Both the position numbers and the translations under genes were made by a program. Positions 61,081 through 64,000 of a stretch of DNA of 64,000 nt are shown here, one piece after another (positions within the stretch are counted from its first letter, which is position 1; the number at the start of each line of letters is the position of its first letter). The stretch spans positions 86,214-150,213 of the forward strand of contig JAKLFP010000006.1 of assembly GCA_022711115.1 (NCBI GenBank). The letters run 5' to 3'. Origin of the DNA: Candidatus Omnitrophota bacterium. Its GTDB lineage: Bacteria; Omnitrophota; Omnitrophia; Omnitrophales; Aquincolibacteriaceae. The notes under the pieces were generated by a model, which worked only from the letters and a program-made list of their open reading frames with translations, did no database searches and was not told where the DNA came from.

Positions 61081-61188
61081 GAAATAGGTTGTCTTTCCTT
61101 ATTTCCGATCTGGATCTTTAGGTATGAGAAAACTCGCTGAAAGCGTAACATATTTTTTTATAATTTCAAGTTCTTGAAAAAGGATTTA

Positions 61189-61204
61189 TTAATGCATGCA
61201 TTAA
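61189..61204. promoter_or_regulatory. Perfect 16-bp palindrome in the divergent intergenic region (candidate operator)
   Basis: TTAATGCATGCATTAA at 61189-61204 is its own reverse complement. It lies in the AT-rich 315-bp gap between the giant gene start (61080) and the 725-aa paralog start (61396). Confidence 0.3.
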
Positions 61205-61395
61205 GATTTTAAATTTCGTTACTAATGACACTCCATTGCTATATACTGCTAGAATAAGAAAATTCATGGCAGGAGCTGTCTCTACTCCGTGTTGATTTTA
61301 GACACGATCTGGGCTATATATATTGTGCATTGCGCGAGAGTTCCAAGGTACACTGCAATAAAATTACGTAATGCTGTTTCCAAAATGAGGACACG

Positions 61396-63573
61396 ATGCG
61401 TCATCCTATTTCCTATAAAAGCGCTAGTGTGGCATTGGCTGCTATTTCAATGTTCCTTTTTTACAACTGGACTGCCACGGCGGAAACAACTCCTTCGTTA
61501 CCTTTAGAAAATCTTGCAATCCCTGAGTCCTTAGGCAAGGTTCAGGAACGTTTCGTCGGTTCCGGAAACCGCATCATTATTCAGATTCAGGATGTCCATG
61601 CACACGCCGCCGCACAGGAAAACATCGCGGCCATTCTGGAGCATCTTCAAATTGTCGGCAGGATCGATAAAGTCGCCTTGGAGGGTGCCTGGATCACAAC
61701 TGATTTGCCGAAAAGCCACGCTTTACCGACTTCCAGAGAAAAACAACTTCTCGCCAGATCCCTGCTGAGCGATGATCTTATTTCAGGCCCTGTCTACGCC
61801 TCCCTGATTGCCCCCTCCCCCTTGATGCTGATGGGGATGGAAGATGCGGAGTTGTATGAAAAAAACCGCGATCTTTTCATTAAACATCTTGAAGCCGCAC
61901 CAGCCATTGATTCGAAAGTTCGTGCTTATGGAGAAAGATTGCAAAACCTGCAAAAACAAGCCTGGAACCAGGATCTTCTGACTTTTGGAATTGCTTTTTC
62001 AAAATTTGAAGAAGCGATGGATTATGGAAAATTTTTTCCTTTCTTAATAGAAATTTCAGGTTCTCACAACGTTGATTTTTCAGACCTCGCTCAGATTGTT
62101 TTAACACGGGACATTATGGCTTTCGAAAAATCCATCTCGAAAGAACGCCTCGAGAAAGAGGCCAAACAGCTTATGCGTCAATTCAAGGACACTCCCTGGA
62201 CGCTGGAAGAATTGATTCGAGGCAATAAAATCCCGTCCGAACAGCTGGGTTTTTATCCGGAAATAAAAAAACTCCTCCACTTATTCAAACTTAGAGATCG
62301 GGTTTCTCTAACCGAGCTCATGTCTCAGACGGAAACCCTCATCAGTCGTATCCTCAAAATGCTTATTCAGACACCGGAAGAAGAGGCTTTGTGGGGAAAA
62401 AGTGAAAGATTTTTCCTGGCGAAACGGATTCTTCTTCTCAAGGCAGCGCCAGATGACCTCAAAACTTATGAGGATGAAAAAGCGGCTCTGGAGGCGGATC
62501 TTCAAGAGGCCGGACTTTCCGAGGGATTAGATCTTTCCTTGAAATTTTATGAAGTTGTTAAAAAACGCGATGAAATCTTTTATGACAAGATCGTTAATGG
62601 CCCCGCGTTCGCGGGTCCCCTTGCCGTCGTCACGGGGGGATTTCATACGGATGGTCTCTCCAAAAAATTTCGCGCCGCAGGAATCTCATATATCACGATT
62701 GCTCCCGAACTCGGGAACACTTCTATGGATGAAAAGCTTTATGTTGAGAGAATGCGTTCTTCAAAACCAGCGCAATACCAGGATTTGCCGCCCTTGGCAG
62801 ATCCCGGTATTGCCGAGGGTAAAACGGAAACTCTCTCGGAGCTTCGCAATGCTATTGCTTGGATCGACGAAAGATTTTTCGAGGCTTATGAGGTCTTGAT
62901 GCAAACCAAGGATGTACGAAAAGCCGTTGCTGCTTTTTCCGGAACAACCGTCACTATTTCTAACGCGCAAAAGATATCGTATGCCTATTCTGCGGGCAAA
63001 GTTGTTTCGGCAAGAAAGACAGGGGGAACCACCATTCCGGCCATTCATGAAGCTGAATTCCTAGCCAGCACGCGACAGGAACAATTAGCCGTTGTGCAAG
63101 GATGGCTTGATAAAGCTCCCCGCGTCGATCAAAAGGCCATGCTGGTCTCTTCTGTCAGTGTTCTTAAAAAATTGCTTTCGGACGAAAAAGTTCCAGGGCT
63201 GATCGAAAAAATCACTAAAAACGGGGATTTGCTTGTACTCCTGCAGGATATTCCCTTAACCGAAGTGCCTGAATCTTTGATGACAGCACGAGGGATCGAT
63301 CGTTTTGATGCGCCGGATTTCCAGCACTTGCTCCAAAATATGCCGCGTTTTCAAAGGCTTGCTAAAAAATATCCTTTTGCAATCATGAAAGAGGGCTACC
63401 GAAGCCAGGCCTATGTGGTGCTTCCGGAAGATCCGGCCTCATTAATCCTTTACCGAATCGTCACCTTAAGCCCAAGCCTTTATCAGGCTGCCAAAAACCC
63501 TCGCTTTCTTAATCTTTTGAAGGAGCTTGTTGCAGAGATCTTGTCCGAAGAGCTTCCTAAAAAATCCGTTTAG
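61396..63573 (+). CDS. Stand-alone paralog C of the giant-family N-terminal domain (725 aa, no junction motifs)
   Basis: RBS GAGGA at 61387-61391. Signal/anchor ALAAISMFLFYNWTATA, IIIQIQDVHAHAAAQENIAAILEHL, VALEGAW, LAVVTGGFHTDGL and SYITIAPEL align with the N-termini of the two multi-module genes. The C-terminal ~255 aa are unassigned. No R-S-E-x-R is present. Confidence 0.85.
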   Translation: MRHPISYKSASVALAAISMFLFYNWTATAETTPSLPLENLAIPESLGKVQERFVGSGNRIIIQIQDVHAHAAAQENIAAILEHLQIVGRIDKVALEGAWITTDLPKSHALPTSREKQLLARSLLSDDLISGPVYASLIAPSPLMLMGMEDAELYEKNRDLFIKHLEAAPAIDSKVRAYGERLQNLQKQAWNQDLLTFGIAFSKFEEAMDYGKFFPFLIEISGSHNVDFSDLAQIVLTRDIMAFEKSISKERLEKEAKQLMRQFKDTPWTLEELIRGNKIPSEQLGFYPEIKKLLHLFKLRDRVSLTELMSQTETLISRILKMLIQTPEEEALWGKSERFFLAKRILLLKAAPDDLKTYEDEKAALEADLQEAGLSEGLDLSLKFYEVVKKRDEIFYDKIVNGPAFAGPLAVVTGGFHTDGLSKKFRAAGISYITIAPELGNTSMDEKLYVERMRSSKPAQYQDLPPLADPGIAEGKTETLSELRNAIAWIDERFFEAYEVLMQTKDVRKAVAAFSGTTVTISNAQKISYAYSAGKVVSARKTGGTTIPAIHEAEFLASTRQEQLAVVQGWLDKAPRVDQKAMLVSSVSVLKKLLSDEKVPGLIEKITKNGDLLVLLQDIPLTEVPESLMTARGIDRFDAPDFQHLLQNMPRFQRLAKKYPFAIMKEGYRSQAYVVLPEDPASLILYRIVTLSPSLYQAAKNPRFLNLLKELVAEILSEELPKKSV

Positions 63574-64000
63574 ACTTTTTCCGCCAGTTCTTTCCAGTTT
63601 GCAAGCGTCGTTTCAAAGCTTTGTTCGAGAATGTCTCTGACCTTCTGCTCGCCGAGAATCATACCTGCAATCCCCAGATCCCAGGCCACTTCAATGGCAA
63701 CCTGAACACCGTCTGAAACCGGCTGAAAGTCGTGCGTTCTTTTCATGACACCATTCATCGGAAGCTTGCTCTGAATGACCGCATGGCGCATCGGTTCCCA
63801 AACCATCATTTCATGCTCAGCTTCGATATGCTGCCGGCCAAGTTCACAGGATTCGCGCCAGCACAGGCCTTTCCCTTCCACGATCTCACCCATCCGTTCG
63901 GTTTCCTTGACACCATCGATCCATTCGGGATACCGGCGGACATCGGCAAGCAGTCCCCAAACTTTGTCAAGAGACGCATTGATGAAAATTGATTTTTTAA
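63570..64000 (-). CDS. SRPBCC-superfamily (polyketide cyclase/START-like) protein, with the 5' end beyond the window
   Basis: The track lists 63570..63893, but the frame stays open to the window edge. Manual translation upstream gives ...KKSIFINASLDKVWGLLADVRRYPEWIDGVKETERMGEIVEG... This is the typical SRPBCC N-terminus (I-x-I-x-A-x-x-x-x-VW-x-x-L-x-D...P-x-W). It overlaps the convergent 725-aa gene by 4 nt. Confidence 0.75.
   Translation of the reverse strand, partial: KKSIFINASLDKVWGLLADVRRYPEWIDGVKETERMGEIVEGKGLCWRESCELGRQHIEAEHEMMVWEPMRHAVIQSKLPMNGVMKRTHDFQPVSDGVQVAIEVAWDLGIAGMILGEQKVRDILEQSFETTLANWKELAEKV

Larger units (their letters stand above)
26794..59202 (-). repeat. Dispersed in-frame junction motif R-S-E-[VMLIA]-R (33 strict and 6 near-match sites)
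   Basis: Nucleotide coordinates on the plus-strand numbering: 26794 RSEVR; 30790 RSELR; 31234 RSEVR; 31966 PSEVR; 32641 RSEVR; 32968 RSELR; 33352 RSEVR; 34504 RSEVR; 35191 RSEVR; 35605 RSEMR; 36025 RSELR; 36625 RSEVR; 37060 RSELR; 37897 RSEIR; 38020 RNELR; 38746 RSEVR; 39391 RSEVR; 40180 RSEMR; 40468 RSEAR; 41983 RSEVR; 42103 RNELR; 42829 RFEVR; 43768 RSEMR; 44215 RSEMR; 44647 RSELR; 45325 HSELR; 45568 RSEAR; 48652 RSEVR; 50380 RSEVR; 50977 RSEIR; 51301 RSEMR; 51625 RAEVR; 51949 RSEMR; 52252 RSEMR; 54706 RSEVR; 55489 RSEVR; 55891 RSEVR; 58297 RSEVR; 59188 RSEVR. Each site is 15 nt, running from the listed start to start+14. Confidence 0.9.

Noticed and set aside
26794-59202. The recurring 15-nt junction element might be a CRISPR-like or other DNA-level repeat array, or a recombination site.
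   Set aside because: The spacing is irregular, from about 120 nt to 4 kb. The units are only 15 nt, always in the coding frame, and vary at synonymous positions while the peptide stays constant. That is a protein-level motif.
25993-61080. The giant ORF as a conventional giant adhesin, RTX or BAP-type surface protein.
   Set aside because: There are no long arrays of tandem Ig-like, cadherin-like or RTX nonapeptide repeats. The content is dominated by distinct enzyme folds. Only one two-copy tandem duplication and a few paralogous modules are present.
60136-61140. A 334-aa plus-strand ORF overlapping the 5' end of the giant gene and running into the intergenic region.
   Set aside because: It is antisense to the well-conserved N-terminal family domain, which is shared by three paralogs in the other strand's frame. 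It has no motifs and no RBS.
1-64000. I looked for tRNA, rRNA, riboswitches, CRISPR arrays, transposases, integrases and known defence systems in the intergenic gaps (6943-7442, 8022-8095, 16200-16291, 20896-21044, 22170-22298, 23593-23680, 25903-25992, 61081-61395).
   Set aside because: None was recognisable by eye. The gaps are short, AT-rich, and lack cloverleaf-type or long structured repeats. Covariance-model scans (tRNAscan-SE, Infernal) would be the proper check.

Overview
This is a 64-kb bacterial window. By eye I found no rRNA, tRNA, CRISPR array or IS/transposase. All functional calls come from motif recognition in the translations, because no database search was possible.

The window is dominated by one minus-strand ORF of 35,088 nt (25993..61080, 11,695 aa, about 55% of the window).
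- It is not a repeat-based adhesin or a PKS/NRPS. It is a chain of about 40 unrelated modules.
- Many modules look like complete, normally free-standing proteins:
  - central metabolism: glutamate dehydrogenase, malic enzyme, inositol monophosphatase family
  - sugar-nucleotide and glucan metabolism: UDP-sugar pyrophosphorylase fused to a GalE-type epimerase, GT35 glucan phosphorylase
  - SAM methyltransferase
  - small proteins: ACP, HPr-like, MraZ-like
- These are interleaved with unassignable modules, transmembrane segments, and modules that carry their own signal-peptide-like N-termini.
- Almost every module boundary carries the same pentapeptide, R-S-E-[V/M/L/I/A]-R. There are 33 strict and 6 near-match sites, all in frame and written with many synonymous codons. 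I interpret this as a candidate bacterial polyprotein with a conserved junction or processing motif.

Two further genes share the giant protein's ~630-aa N-terminal signal-anchor domain (HI[Q/E]D[A/V]H...LEG...VTGGFH).
- One is a second multi-module gene that runs off the left edge (1..6942, minus strand, more than 2,314 aa). It is missing from the ORF track because no stop codon lies in the window. It carries the same junction motif.
- The other is a 725-aa stand-alone paralog (61396..63573), transcribed divergently from the giant gene.

The remaining ~19 kb (7.0-26 kb) is ordinary housekeeping, almost all on the minus strand:
- sodB and a peroxiredoxin remnant
- TPR protein, MBL hydrolase, two tandem folA copies and thyA
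- an ABC/GldG/DUF4340-type cluster
- BI-1, ArsC-family, NUDIX, ggt and a split transketolase
- M24 peptidase, GIY-YIG, SemiSWEET-like, azoR-like, sulfotransferase and an MqnA/D-family gene
- a partial SRPBCC gene at the right edge
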